This document shows positions 11,540-24,849 of a stretch of 64,000 nt of DNA, in pieces (the first letter of the stretch is position 1; each line of letters opens with the position of its first letter). The stretch spans positions 496,001-560,000 of the forward strand of contig NW_027590192.1 in NCBI RefSeq assembly GCF_964213995.1, given 5' to 3'. The position numbers were made by a program, and so were the translations under genes. Origin of the DNA: Mustelus asterias (taxonomy: Eukaryota). The notes under the pieces were generated by a model that had not been told where the DNA came from, did no database searches, and worked only from the letters and a program-made list of their open reading frames with translations.

Positions 11540-14047
11540 GCACTCAGAACCTGCATGGATCAGCTGGCCGGGGTATTCGCAGACATCATCAACCTCTCTT
11601 TACAACAATCTGAGGTCCTATCTGCTTCAAGAAGATGACCATCATCTCAGTACGAAAGAAAAGCCAAGCAGCGTGCCTTAATGGCTCTCGTCCGGTGGGT
11701 CTAACATCCATCATTATGAAGTGCTTCAAAAGGTTAGCCTCTCGGACTGCCTGGATCCGATACAGTTCGCCTACCGCCCAACAAGTCCACAGCAGATGCC
11801 AATTCCCTGGCCCTGCACTCAACCCTGGAACATCGAGATTACAAAGACAGCTTTGTCAGACTCCTATTTATTGACTACAGTTCAGCCTTTAACATCATTA
11901 TTCCCACAAAACTCATCTCCAAACTCCGTGGCCTGGGCTCGGCTCCTCCCTCTGCAACTGGATGCTGAACTTCCTAACCCACAGACCACAATCAGTAAGG
12001 ATAGGCAACAACACCTCCTCCACAATCATCCTCAACACCGGTGCCCCACAAGGCTGTGTTCTCAGCCCTTACTATACTCCTTATACATCTATGATTGTGT
12101 GGCCAAATTTCACTCCAACTCGATTTTCAAGTTTGCTGGTGACACCACCGTAGTGGGTCAGATCTCCAACAATGACGAGACAGAGTACAGGAATGAGATA
12201 GAGAATCTGGTGAACTGGTGCGACAACAATAATCTCTCCCTCAATGTAAACAAAATGAAGGAGATTGTCATCGACTTAAGGAAACATAGTGGAGAACGTG
12301 CCCTGTCTATATCAACGGGGATGAAGTAGAAATGGTCGAAAGCTTCAAGTTTTTAGGTGCCCAGATCATTAACAACCTGTCCTGGTCCCCCCAAGCCAAC
12401 ACTCTAGTTAAGAAAGCCCACCAACGCCTCTACTTTCTCAGAAGACTAAGGAAAATCTCACGGGATCCAGGGTGAGGGAGCTAAATGGATACAAAATTGG
12501 CTTGATGACAGAAGCCAGAGGGAGGTTGTAGAAGGTTGTTTTTCAAACTGGAGACCTGTGACCAGCGGAGTGCCTCAGGGATCGGTGCTGGGTCCACTGT
12601 TATTTGTAATTTATATTAATGATTTGGATGAGAATATAGGAGGCACGGTTTGTAAGTTTGCAGATGACACCAAGATTGGTGGCATAGTGGACAGTGAAGA
12701 AGGTTATCTCGGATTGCAACGGGATCTTGATCAATTAGGTCAGTGAGTTGACAAATGGCAGATGGAGTTTAATTTAGATAAATGCAAGGTATTGCATTTT
12801 GGTAGATTGAACCAGGGCAGGACTTGCTCAGTTAATGGTAGGCCACTGGGGAGAGTTACAGAACAAAGAGATCTAGGGGTACAGGTTCATAGCTCATTGA
12901 CAGTGGAGTCACAGAGTGGTGAAGAAGGCATTCAGCATTCTTGCTTTCATTGGTCAGAACATTGAATACAGGAGTTGTTGAAGTTGGACAAGACATTGGT
13001 AAGGCCACACTTGGAATACTGTGTTCACTTCTATTATAGAAAGGATATTATTAAACTAGAAACTAGAAAGAGTGCAGAAGAGATTTACTGGAATGCTACC
13101 GGGACTTGATGGTTTGAGTTATAAGGAGAGGCTGGATAGACTGGGACTTTTTTTCTCTGGAGCGTAGAAGGCTGAGGGGTGATCTTATAGAGGTCTATAA
13201 AATAATGAGAGGCATAGATCAGCTAGATAGTCAATATCTTTTCCCAAAGGTAGGGGAGTCTAAAACTAAAGGGCATAGGTTTAAGGTGAGAGGGGAGAGA
13301 TACAAAAGGATCCAGAGGGGCAAAGTGTCTGGAACAAGCTGCCAGAGGTAGTAGTAGAGGTGGGTACAATTTTGTCTTTTAAAAAACATTTAGATAGTTA
13401 CATGGGTATGATGGGTATAGAGGGATATGGGCCAAATGCGGGCAATTGGGACGAGCTTAGGGGTTTAAAAAAAAAGGCAGCATGACAAGTTGGGCCGAAG
13501 GGCCTGTTTCCATGCTGTAAACCTCTATGACTCTATGAAATTTGGCATGTTAGCTATGACTCTCACCAACTTTTACAGATGCACCATGGAAAGCATTAGC
13601 ATCAGCTTGGTATGGCTCCTGCTCTGCCCAAAGACCACAAGGAACTACAGAAGGTCGTGAATGTAGCCCAATCCATCACTCAAACCAGCCTCCCATCCAT
13701 TGACTCTGTCTACACTTCCTGCTGCCTTGCTAAAGCAGCCAGCATAATTAAGGACTCCACGCACCACGGACATTCTCTCTTCCACCTTCTTCCGTCAGGC
13801 AAAAGATACAAATGTTTGAGGTCACGTACCAAATGACTCAAGGACAGCTTCTTCCCTGCTGCCATCAGACTTTTGAATGGACCTACGTTGCATTAAGTTG
13901 ATCTTTCTCTACACCCTAGCTATAACTGTAGCACTACAGTCTTGTTTCCTTCTCTATGAACGGTATGCTTTGTCTGTATAGCACACAGGAAACAATACTT
14001 TTCACTATGTTAATACATGTGACAATAATAAATCAAAACAAAACAAA
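11540..14047 (+). mobile_element. Rex/Babar LINE (5' truncated), interrupted by CR1
   Basis: [25 protein letters not shown] and [11 protein letters not shown] motifs; tail TGTGACAATAATAAATCAAA. Confidence 0.85.
12456..13538 (+). mobile_element. 5'-truncated CR1 nested in Rex/Babar
   Basis: RT motifs and (CTCTATGA)n tail; same subfamily as 30410-30957. Confidence 0.9.
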
Positions 14048-14541
14048 GGAATGGGTGACGGTTTCAGCAGCAGATGAACTGAGAGGAGACTGGAGTTGGG
14101 TGATGTTACTGAGGTGGAACTGGTCTTGGTGATGATGTGGATTTGTGGTCAGATTCTCAGGTTGGGTGAAATATTTTGCTATGTGAACAGACTGGCTCAG
14201 TCTCAGACAGTTTCCGAGGAGAGGGATGGAGTCAGTGGGTGGAATTTGTAGCAGAGAGCGTTGACAATAACTGCAGTTTTCCCAGGATTAAAATGGAGGA
14301 AAATTCTAGCCCAGAGCTGGAGAGATCTTTCAGGGAATCAAAGGATTCAGGGAGGGGGTGGGAAATTGGCACTAAAACCAGCTCAATTTCACAACCTGCC
14401 TTTCTGTTTTTGAGAGTTCTCTCTCACTCCCTTTTTTCTGTTTTAAATCAGTTTCACAGGGCATTAGAAGGGGAAGATTTGCAGTCAGGGAAACTGAAAC
14501 CAAACATCACATCAGGATCTGAATATCATCGGGTTTTTAAC

Positions 14542-15579
14542 ATGCAAGAAAACAGCAACGTTCACAGTGTAGATAAACCGTGGAAATCTGGGGACTGTGA
14601 GCAGGAATTCAGATCCCCGTCTGAGCTGGAAACTCATCAGCCCTGTCACACTGGGGAGAGGCCATTCACCTGCCCTGAGTGTGCGAAGGGATTCACTTGG
14701 TCATCCAACCTGTTGAGGCACCAGCGTGTTCATAATGCGCAGAAGCCATTCACCTGTCCTGAGTGTGGGAAGGGATTCACTCGATCATCTGGGCTGCAAC
14801 AACACCACCGAGTTCACACTGGGGAGAGGCCATTCACCTGCTCCAAGTGTGGGAAGGGATTTACTGATTCATCCACTCTGCTGAAACATCAGCAAGTTCA
14901 CACTGACGAGAGACCATTTAAATGCTTGGACTGTGGGAAGTGCTATAAAAGTTCTCAGAACCTAATGCGACATCAGCTTGTTCACACTGACGAGAGACCC
15001 TTCAGATGCTCTCACTGTGAGACTGGGTTCAGACAATCATCTGAACTCACTGCACATCAGCGAATTCACACTGGGGAGAAGCCGTTCATCTGTTGCAAAT
15101 GTGGGAAGAGATTCACTCGATCATCAGGGCTTCTACAACACCATCGAGTTCACACAGGGGAGAGAACATTCACCTGCTCCAAATGTGGGAAGGGATTCAG
15201 CGATTCGTCCACTCTGCTGAAACACCAGCAAGTTCACACTGACGAGAGACCTTTTAAATGTGCTGACTGTGAGAAATGCTATAAAGGTTCTGTGGACCTG
15301 ATGCGCCATCAGCTTGTTCACACTGACGAGAGACCGTTCAGGTGCTCTCACTGCGGAACTGGGTTTAGACAATTATGTCAACTGACTGCACACCAGCGGG
15401 TTCACACTGGGGAGAAGCCGTTCATCTGTTTGCAGTGTGAGAAAGGATTCACTCAATCAGCCACCCTGCAGAGACACCAGCGAGTTCACACTGGGGAGAG
15501 ACCATTCACCTGCTCTCAGTGTGGGAAGAGATTCACTCGCTCATCCACCCTGATGAGTCACCAGCGAGTTCACAAATAA
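14542..15579 (+). CDS. C2H2 zinc-finger protein, 11 intact fingers plus 1 degenerate
   Basis: ATG at 14542 (MQENSNVH) downstream of acceptor TTTCACAG at about 14459; open frame to TAA. Confidence 0.85.
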   Translation: MQENSNVHSVDKPWKSGDCEQEFRSPSELETHQPCHTGERPFTCPECAKGFTWSSNLLRHQRVHNAQKPFTCPECGKGFTRSSGLQQHHRVHTGERPFTCSKCGKGFTDSSTLLKHQQVHTDERPFKCLDCGKCYKSSQNLMRHQLVHTDERPFRCSHCETGFRQSSELTAHQRIHTGEKPFICCKCGKRFTRSSGLLQHHRVHTGERTFTCSKCGKGFSDSSTLLKHQQVHTDERPFKCADCEKCYKGSVDLMRHQLVHTDERPFRCSHCGTGFRQLCQLTAHQRVHTGEKPFICLQCEKGFTQSATLQRHQRVHTGERPFTCSQCGKRFTRSSTLMSHQRVHK

Positions 15580-15784
15580 TCAGTGACTGGATTTTACTGT
15601 AAATCACATCCAGGAATGAACTATGTTCATTGACGTCCATTTCTACTGATATGTCAAGAAAATCTGAGAAATTAAAATATTTTTTGTGGGTAATTTCTGA
15701 TTTTTTTTAAACGGGTGAAGTGAGTGGTAATTAGAAAAGGAGACAGAATGTCTGTGTGAATTTAAACTGTGAGGATTTTTTATG

Positions 15785-16710
15785 CATTTGTGGGACATGG
15801 GCGTCACTGCATGGCCAGCATTTATTGCCCATCCCCAGTTACCATCGAACTGAGTGGCTCACTAGGCCATTTCAGAGGGCAGTTGACAGTCAGCCACAAT
15901 GCTATGGCTCTGGAGTCACATGTCGGCCAGACCAGGTAAGGACAGCAGGTTTCCTTCCCCAAACAGACATTCATGGGGTGGCACAGTGGTTAACACTGTT
16001 GCCTCACAGCGCCAGGGACCCGGGTTCGATTCCCGGCTTGGGTCACTGTCTGTGTGGAGTTTGCACGTTCTCTGCGTGTCTGCATGGGTTTCCTCCGGGT
16101 GCTCCAGTTTCCTCCCACAGTCTGAAAGACATGCTGGTTCGGTGTATTGACTCGAACAAATACTGGAGTGTGGCAACCAGGGGAATTTCACAGTAACTTC
16201 ACTGCACTGTTAATGTAAGCCTACTTGTGACTAATAAATAAACTTTACTTTTTGCTTTACTGAACCAAATGGTTTTTTTCTGACAATTGACAATGGTTTC
16301 ATGGTCAGCAGTAGATTCTTAATTCTGATTTTTTAAATTGAATTCAATTATTTTTATTGAATTAAATGTACGAGGCAAGTTTTTTTTTACAAAGAGTGGC
16401 AGGTGCCTGGAACTGGCTGACGGGGGAGGTAGTGGAAGCAGATATGATAGTGACTTTTAAGGGACACCTGGACAAATGCATGAATAAAAGGATATGGTCC
16501 CCAGAGGTCTTTTTAGTTCAGACGGGCAGCATAATCAGTGCAGGCTTGGAGGGCCAAAGGGCCTGTTCCTGTGCTATAATTTTCTTTTTTCTTGTTCTTT
16601 GTTCAAATTACACCACTTGCTGTGGTGGGATTTGAACCCGGTCCCCAGAACATTAGCGGAGCTTATGGATTAAGTCTAGGGATAATACCATTGGGCCATC
16701 ACCTCCCACC
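15785..16710 (-). mobile_element. Second tRNA-head SINE family, with nested HE1-type SINE (15976-16250, +) and CR1 3' end (16366-16601, +)
   Basis: Matches intact copies at 41045-41420, 47257-47605 and 50343-50695. Confidence 0.75.
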
Positions 16711-17519
16711 TGGAACAAAACTGTTTTCACTACTCAGGCTCTGCTGTGATGTAATAGTCTCTATGACATCATCACAGCAGGACTGGATGACATCATCAGA
16801 GTCCATTGTTTCTGAATGATCCACATCAATAACAACAGGAAATACTCATCAAGCTGAGCACATTATCTAGGCTGACACTGCAGTCTGACATTGAGGGACT
16901 GCTGCACTCTGACACACACTGTCCTTCACATGGAGCTTGTGGCGCACTGGCCAGAACCTTCCAATCCTTATCGAGTCGTGGTGACAAAGGACAGAGTGTG
17001 TAAATGTTACATCCCTGTTCAAAAACACAGCAATTACAGAACAATCAGCTTAACATCAGCGGTGGGGAAAAGCCAATAATCTGGGACACAATCAACTGAT
17101 ACTTGGAAAAGTATGGATTATAATTTCCAGTATTTTGTGTTTTTAAATCTTGAAAACTTCCCTGGATCTCAAGGCTGGGAGAGACACTCTGAAAGGTATC
17201 GGGAGCTGGGACTTGTCCATGATGAGAAACAATACTTTTCACTTTATGCTAATACTTGTGACAATAATAAATCAAATTTTAAAAAATGAGTGTAACTGAA
17301 GGTCTGAGACTGAAATAATCTAGAGTTAGAAAGGAGAAAAGATCCAAAAAACAGAACAGTCAGTAGCAGGACATCAATTAATCTCCTATCCTGAGAAATC
17401 AAGGATTTAACACACCGTGTGTTTGAAACAAAGCTGATTTATTTAACAGATGTCAGAATATTAAGTTCCAGGTCAGGTAGAGATTAACATCTGAAGAAAT
17501 AAATGTTAATTGTCTGATT

Positions 17520-17900
17520 GAAGATGGTCGAGAGGAGATTGATACAGGTATTCAAGATCCTGAGGAGTTGGGCAGGTGAAATAGTGAGAAAATGTTCCCA
17601 CCAAGAGAACGTCAAGAACTAGAGGGCACAGACCTACCTTAATGGGGAAAACAGAGTCAAACTGATGTGAGGAAAATTATTTTCACCTAGTGGGTGGTTG
17701 GAGTCTGGAATAAACTTCCTGTGAGAGCAGTGGAGGCAGGTTTGATCAAGGTACTCAAAAGAGAATTGGATTGTTATCTGAAAAGAAAGAGTGTGCAAGG
17801 TTACAGGGGTATGGCAGGGGAATGGGATTAAGCTCTTTCAGTGAGCCAGTGCAGACTTGATGGGCTGAATGGCCTCTTTCTGTACTGTAAAGAATCTGTG
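17520..17900 (+). mobile_element. Old CR1 3' fragment
   Basis: GATGGGCTGAATGGCCTC tail and ORF2 C-terminal remnants. Confidence 0.65.
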
Positions 17901-18118
17901 ATGAGAATTCCTGAATGATGGGGAAAGATCACAGACAGTGGTTCTTAAAGGGAAACTGCAACCCCAAAAACACACTCAGCTCTAGATTGAGAATATTAAC
18001 CTGCAGCCCACCTACAGGGATTATTAACATCAGCAGAAACAAACCTCAAATGTCAATGAATGTGGCTCACTCCTGGATGATTAACAGCAGCAAGTACAGC
18101 AGAATCCACTCCCTGCAC

Positions 18119-18652
18119 TCACTCGTGAAGTCGCTGGTGTGTCACCAGGTGGGAGGAGGTAGTGAATCCCTTCCCACACTCTGAGCAGGTGAATGGTCTC
18201 TCCCCAGTGTGAAGTCGCTGATGTGCTTTGAGGCTGGATGAATGTCTGAAGCTCTTTCCACAGTCAGTGCAGCTGAACGGCCTCTCCTCAGTGTGAACTC
18301 TCTGGTGTGTCACGAGGTTGGATGAATTAATGAATCGCTTTCCACACACGGAGCAGGTGAACGGCCTCTCCCCGGTATGAATTCTCCGGTGTAATTGTAG
18401 GTTATACATCTGGACGAATCCCTTCCCACACACAGAGCAAGTGTACGGTCTCTCTCCAGTGTGAACTCGCTGGTGTAATGTTAGGCAGGATGATTGAGTA
18501 AATTCCTTCCAACACACGGGGCAGGTGAAGGGCCTCTCCCCAGTGTGGGTGCGTCGATGAGTTTCCAGTTTGGATGGGCAAGTGAATGCTTTCCCACAGT
18601 CCACACATATCCACGGTTTTTCTATGGTGTCAATATCATCATGTCTCTCCAT
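18119..18652 (-). CDS. C2H2 zinc-finger protein, 6 fingers
   Basis: Intact ORF with TGERP linkers; family leader upstream, acceptor at about 18968. Confidence 0.85.
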   Translation of the reverse strand: MERHDDIDTIEKPWICVDCGKAFTCPSKLETHRRTHTGERPFTCPVCWKEFTQSSCLTLHQRVHTGERPYTCSVCGKGFVQMYNLQLHRRIHTGERPFTCSVCGKRFINSSNLVTHQRVHTEERPFSCTDCGKSFRHSSSLKAHQRLHTGERPFTCSECGKGFTTSSHLVTHQRLHE

Positions 18653-19125
18653 ATTGGGTGATTAGTTGAAGCCTCATCCACACAATGAACACATGCACAG
18701 ATTCACATTGCTGTGAATGGTGTGATGTTTTTTCAGGCTGTGTAACTGGTTAAAGCTCTTTCCACAGTCAGTTCACTGGAAAACTCTCACTCGGGTGTGT
18801 CTCTCTCTCGGTGCTTTTCCAGTCACACTGAAGTTTGAAATATTTCCCCACACTCCACATTCAAAGGCTGATAGTGTTCAGGTGCTGGTGAATTGAGCAA
18901 CTGTTAAATCTTGGTGTGAAACTTGATTCCATTTTGCTGACTGTAAATTTTCCCCTTCAAATATCCTGCAAAAGGAGTTTACAAAACTACTGTCAGTCCA
19001 GGATAGAATTCTGATCAGACAAGTCTAATTTCTAAGGAACAACTTTTCTGGTCTGGTTCCCCAAAACAGTAAATCTATGTCTCCCTCCTCCCTGAGCTCT
19101 CCCTCTCCCCTCCTCCCTGAGCTGA

Positions 19126-19460
19126 GGGCGGCACGGTGGGACAGTGGTTAGCACTGCTGCCTCACAGCACCAGGAACCCGAGTTTGATTCCCAGCTTGGT
19201 TCACTGTCTGTGTGGAGTTTGCAGGTTCTCCCTGTTTCTGCATTAGTTTCCTCCGGGTGCACCAGTTTCCTCCCACAGTCCAAACAGGTGTGGATTAAGT
19301 AGATTGGCAATGCTAAATTAACCCTGAGTGTTGCGGGGGAGGGGGGGGTCTCGCTAGGGTAAATGCATGGGGTAACGGTGATAGGGCCTGGGTGGGATTG
19401 TGGTCAATGCAGATTCGATGGGCCCAATGGCCTCCTTCTGCACTGTAGGATTCTATGAGA
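19126..19460 (+). mobile_element. HE1-type SINE
   Basis: Head GGGCGGCACGGTGGGACAGTGGTTAGCAC. Confidence 0.85.
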
Positions 19461-19659
19461 TCCAAATGAAATGTTGCATTTTTTCATGCATCCTTACAAC
19501 TAATTTATACAAATCACTCCAAGGCCTGTTCCTCCCCATCTCTGGAATCACCTCTCGTACTGCTCTGATTCTGGCTTCCTACACATTCCATTTTTTAATC
19601 ACTCCACCATTAGTGACGAGACCTTCACTGCACAAGGATGACTTCTCAAAGAATTCCGA

Positions 19660-19935
19660 CCATGCAGAAGGAAACCATTTGGCCCATCAAGTCTGGACCA
19701 ACTCTGAATATTTTACCCCGATCTATACCTCTAACCCACCTTACCTGCACATCTTTGTACACGAAGGGGCAATATATTCCCCTAAGCATCACATCTTTGG
19801 ACGGTGGGAGAAAACCAGAGCATCCAGAGGAAACCCACAGTCACAGGGATAACGTGCAAACTCTGCACAGACAGTGACCTAAGGCTGGAATCGAACCTGA
19901 GTCCCTGGAGCTGTGAGGCAGCAGTGCTAACCACC
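19660..19935 (-). mobile_element. HE1-type SINE
   Basis: Reverse complement of the SINE body and head. Confidence 0.8.
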
Positions 19936-20079
19936 CTGATATTAATGGTGTTATATAAATAGAAGTTGTTGTTGGCTGTAACCCTAACTTCCGGTTTTAC
20001 AACAACACATTGATTTTATAACAAACTGTCTGATTTTTTTTGTCTCCAGTGGGTTATTCATTTGGTTTCACCCTCAAGA

Positions 20080-20600
20080 AGTATGGTGGCTGCGCATGCG
20101 TTATTCCAATTTACCTCAACAAAGATGGCGGATGCGCATGCGCTTTGCAATACTTGGTTCCCTCTAAAGATGGCGGATGTGAACTCGGGTCTGAAGCCTT
20201 CGGAAGGCCCGAGGAATTTGCTTTGCAAATTGAGGGTTTGTGGCCGACACCGGGTGTTTATAAAGCCTCACCATCCACCCGCCAACTCCATTTATGTTTC
20301 CAATTTTATTTTGGGCTCTGGATCCGCACTGGATCTTTGTAAAAATCTCCATTTAAAACCTGCTCGCTCGAGCGCCTTACCGTCTGCCGCAGGCACTGCG
20401 CATGCTCCACATCACAATGCCCGGGGACTGATTGACGGCAGCTCCGGACCAATAGGAAGAGGGGGCGGGGCTGGATGACGGAGCGGGAGCGGTTGATCCT
20501 CCAACGAATCGGAGTGAATGAGGGGCGGGCCCAGGCTGGGAGTGGAGCATGCGCAAAGATGATAAAGCGCTGGGGAGCCTGGGAACGCACTACGCAGGTG
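20080..20600. promoter_or_regulatory. Bidirectional CpG promoter P2
   Basis: Repeated TGCGCATGCG (NRF1), AAGATGGCGG (YY1), CCAAT and GGGGCGGGG; lies between divergent ZNF genes. Confidence 0.75.
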
Positions 20601-20601
20601 T

Positions 20602-20728
20602 GGTGAGCACAGTAAGAAGTCACAACACCAGGTTCACATCTAACAGGTTTATTTGGAATCAGGAGCTTTCGGAGCGCCGCCCCTTCATCAGGTGACTCAC
20701 CCAGTCCAACACCGGCACCTCCACATCA
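20602..20728 (-). ncRNA. Penelope pLTR fragment containing a minimal hammerhead ribozyme motif
   Basis: Minus strand GTCAC-CTGATGA-A-GGGGC-GGC-GCTCC-GAAA-GCTC; flanks match 61855-61950. Confidence 0.7.
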
Positions 20729-22354
20729 GGTGGTGTGGGTGCACGCTCTGAGCATGCTCAGTGTCAGTCATGGTGTTGGGGAGGGTTCGGGAGGAGTTTG
20801 TGAGCGCAGGGTGGGAATGGAAACCACGGCTGCACTGGAAACAGCACCAACTTCTGGCCCAGGAAACAGGCCCTGGCTTTACCGCAGGGACAGCAGGTGG
20901 CTGGACATTGGGGAGGATTTGGAAACACTTTGTGGATCCGCAAACCCTTCAGAATCATTGTCAGCTCCCTGGTTTGCAGCTGCGGGGCTTCTCCCTCCCT
21001 CCCTCCCGGGAACAGGCCCAGGTTAACGGCCCCACCCTGGCTCAGCCACTGGAGGATGGTTCACATCAGAGGATGTGGGAGGGGGACAATAAATAAGAGG
21101 TTACACTTTGGCCTCAAATCAATGAGGACTCTGATCTCTGGAAAGGAAGGAAAGCCTGTGAGGTGGGCGGGGAGGATTCACAAACACCTGTTGGAGGCTG
21201 CAAACCCCCCAATCAGACCCATTGGTTTTATTGTTAGTCTGCAGACAGGAGCTGGAGAACTGAACCCAGACAGAGGAGGGAGGGAGAAAACTGGGAGTGG
21301 AGGAAAGTGAATTGTCTGTTCAGCATTTCTATTGTGGACTGACACTGAAAGATGTTTGAAAACTGCTTTTACACATTGTTACAAATTGACGATTTGCACA
21401 CAGAAAACTCAACCCCAAGAGGAATGTTTGTCTCTCTGTGATTTCTGTTCTGCATTGACTGTGATGATGTTTGTAAACAGAGATTACAGCTTTCAGGAAA
21501 GATTAAATGGATTGAAGTTTTTTCCTATCGAGCAGTGACCTGATAGAAGTCTTTAAAATTATTAGTGGCTTGGACAGGGGAAATGTAGAGAGAATGTTTC
21601 CACTCGTGACAGAGTCTAAAAGAAGGAACGATCAATAAACAAAGAGTCATAAATACCAGACAGTTACTAATAAATCCAAGAAGGCAATGAGGACAAACGT
21701 CTTCACTCACAGGTTTAGAATTACCATAGAAATGAGTTGAGGAAAGTGCTGAGATTGTTTCAAAAGGAAATGGGAGAAACACACGAGAGAAAAAGAAATA
21801 GAAAAATCAACTGAAAGGCTGAGATTAGGTCTATGGGACAGGAGAAGATGTGTCAAGTATAAAGAATTAAACTGAATGGCTTGTTTGTGTCTTGTATATT
21901 CAAAGTAATTCAATGTAAACTCCTTTTCCAGAATATCTGCAGACGGGCGATTCAAACCAAACGTCTCGGGATCTGACAGTGTCACATGGTTCTTCAGGAT
22001 CTGAATATCAAAGGCCTATGAATGTGGAAGGAGAAACGTTTGCCTATTTTGTCTTTGGGAAATTATTCAACATCAGTGTGACTGGAAAAGCCCCGAGACA
22101 CAGACATCTCAGTTATTTTTCCACAGTCAGCTGGAACAGAGCTTTAACCAGTCACACAGCGTGAAAAGAAATAGCACATTTACATCAGGTAGACACCGTA
22201 CTCGTGTTCTCTGTGTGGACCTGGTTTCAACTGATTATATAACCTGGAGAGACAGGAGGACACCGGCACCATGTGAACAAGGAGCAGCAATAGGCCATTC
22301 GGCCCCACGGGCCAGTTCCGCCATTTAATAACATCATGGCTGATCTGATAGTGA

Positions 22355-23546
<1,192 letters not shown>

Positions 23547-23599
23547 ATGATGCCAAGATGCCTGTTTCCAGCGGTGTTCACAGTTTTCTGGTATGTGTC

Positions 23600-24040
23600 A
23601 ATAATTTTGGCTCAACTGTGTGGAAAATGATTGCTAAGTTTGCATCTGATACAAAAGTTGCTCCCATGGTTGACGATGAGGAATAAAGCTGTGGACAGCA
23701 GGAAGATATTAATGGACTGGGGGGTTCGTCAACACAAAAATAGCAAATAGAATTCAATCTGGATCAATGAGAGAGATTGAATTTGGGAGAGTAAACAAGA
23801 CAAGGGAATGAACAATACATGGGATGATGTTGAGAATTATAGAGGAACAGAGGGACTTTGGAGTGCATATCCACTGATCCCTGAAGATGGCTGCACATGT
23901 AGATCAGATGGTCAAGGAGGCATTTGGGACACTTTCCTGTCTGAGGCCTGGAATATAAGAGCAGGGAGATTATGTTAGAACTGATAAAAGACGAGTTAGA
24001 ACACAGCTAGAATACTGAGCACAGTTCTGGTCACTGCATC
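23600..24040 (+). mobile_element. Decayed CR1 RT fragment
   Basis: AAGTTTGCATCTGATACAAAA (KFA.DTK) and EEQRD-like remnants. Confidence 0.65.
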
Positions 24041-24849
24041 ATCCAACTATAAAGTAAGACATGATTCATTAATTTGTATAAAACTGATAATTTATCATAT
24101 AATTGCAGATAATGTTTAATTCATCAAATTTAGGAGATAAATAATTATAAGGTGACTTCAGGAAAATGGAAAAGGCTGATTAGTGACTAGCTGAAGAATC
24201 TTTATTTATTTTAATCTTGACTTTACTTTTCATAGAATCCCTACAGTGCAGAAGGAGGCCATTCAGCCCATCGAGTCTGCACTGACTCTCAGACAGTGTC
24301 TCTAGAGGAGTTGGATTCTGCTTTTGTTGCTGCTGTTGATCATATTTAGGATTGAATCACATTAATTCTGGCCTTTATTTTGCTGATGTTAACTCCTGTA
24401 ATGTGGCTGGAGTTTAATATTTTAATGCATCAAATAAATCAGCTTTGTTTCAAACAGACAGTGTTTCGTGTGGTTCATCTCTGAGATGTCATGAACATTT
24501 TCCCTTAAATCTGCTCTGGAAATGTATTAAACAGAAGATCAACAATTAAATACGTCGCATCAAATAATTGGGAAAAATCCACTGGGGGCATTCATTTCTC
24601 AATTAATTCTGTTCTGGAATGTTCTGCCTGAAAGGGGATGGAAGCAGATTCAGATACATCTTTCCAAAGTGAATTGGATCTCCAGTTGAAGGTAAAGTTA
24701 GCAGGGCTCTGGGGAAAGGGGAGGGGAGTGGGGCTGATGGGCAGCTCTTTCAAATGTGTGACTACAACCCCATAAGGCAGCTGTATATTGACAGGAGAAA
24801 GGCTGATGTCCAAATACCCGAGAATAACAAGGCAGTTGTGATGAACCAG

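Larger units (their letters stand above)
10930..14290 (-). mobile_element. L2 LINE 3' region split by nested Rex/Babar and CR1 insertions
   Basis: ORF 11147 (FKFLILVLKSLHGFTPPHLCNLL) is L2-like; the sequence resumes at about 14048. Confidence 0.7.

Noticed and set aside
14176-14541. N-terminal extension or effector domain of the 467-aa ORF
   Set aside because: TTG start; runs through antisense L2 and an intron polypyrimidine tract; no KRAB, SCAN or BTB motif
18760-18830. Selenocysteine-containing N-terminal fingers
   Set aside because: Leaders carry frameshifts and a TAA; two of the three UGA sites are not Cys positions and fit CGA to TGA decay; no SECIS seen
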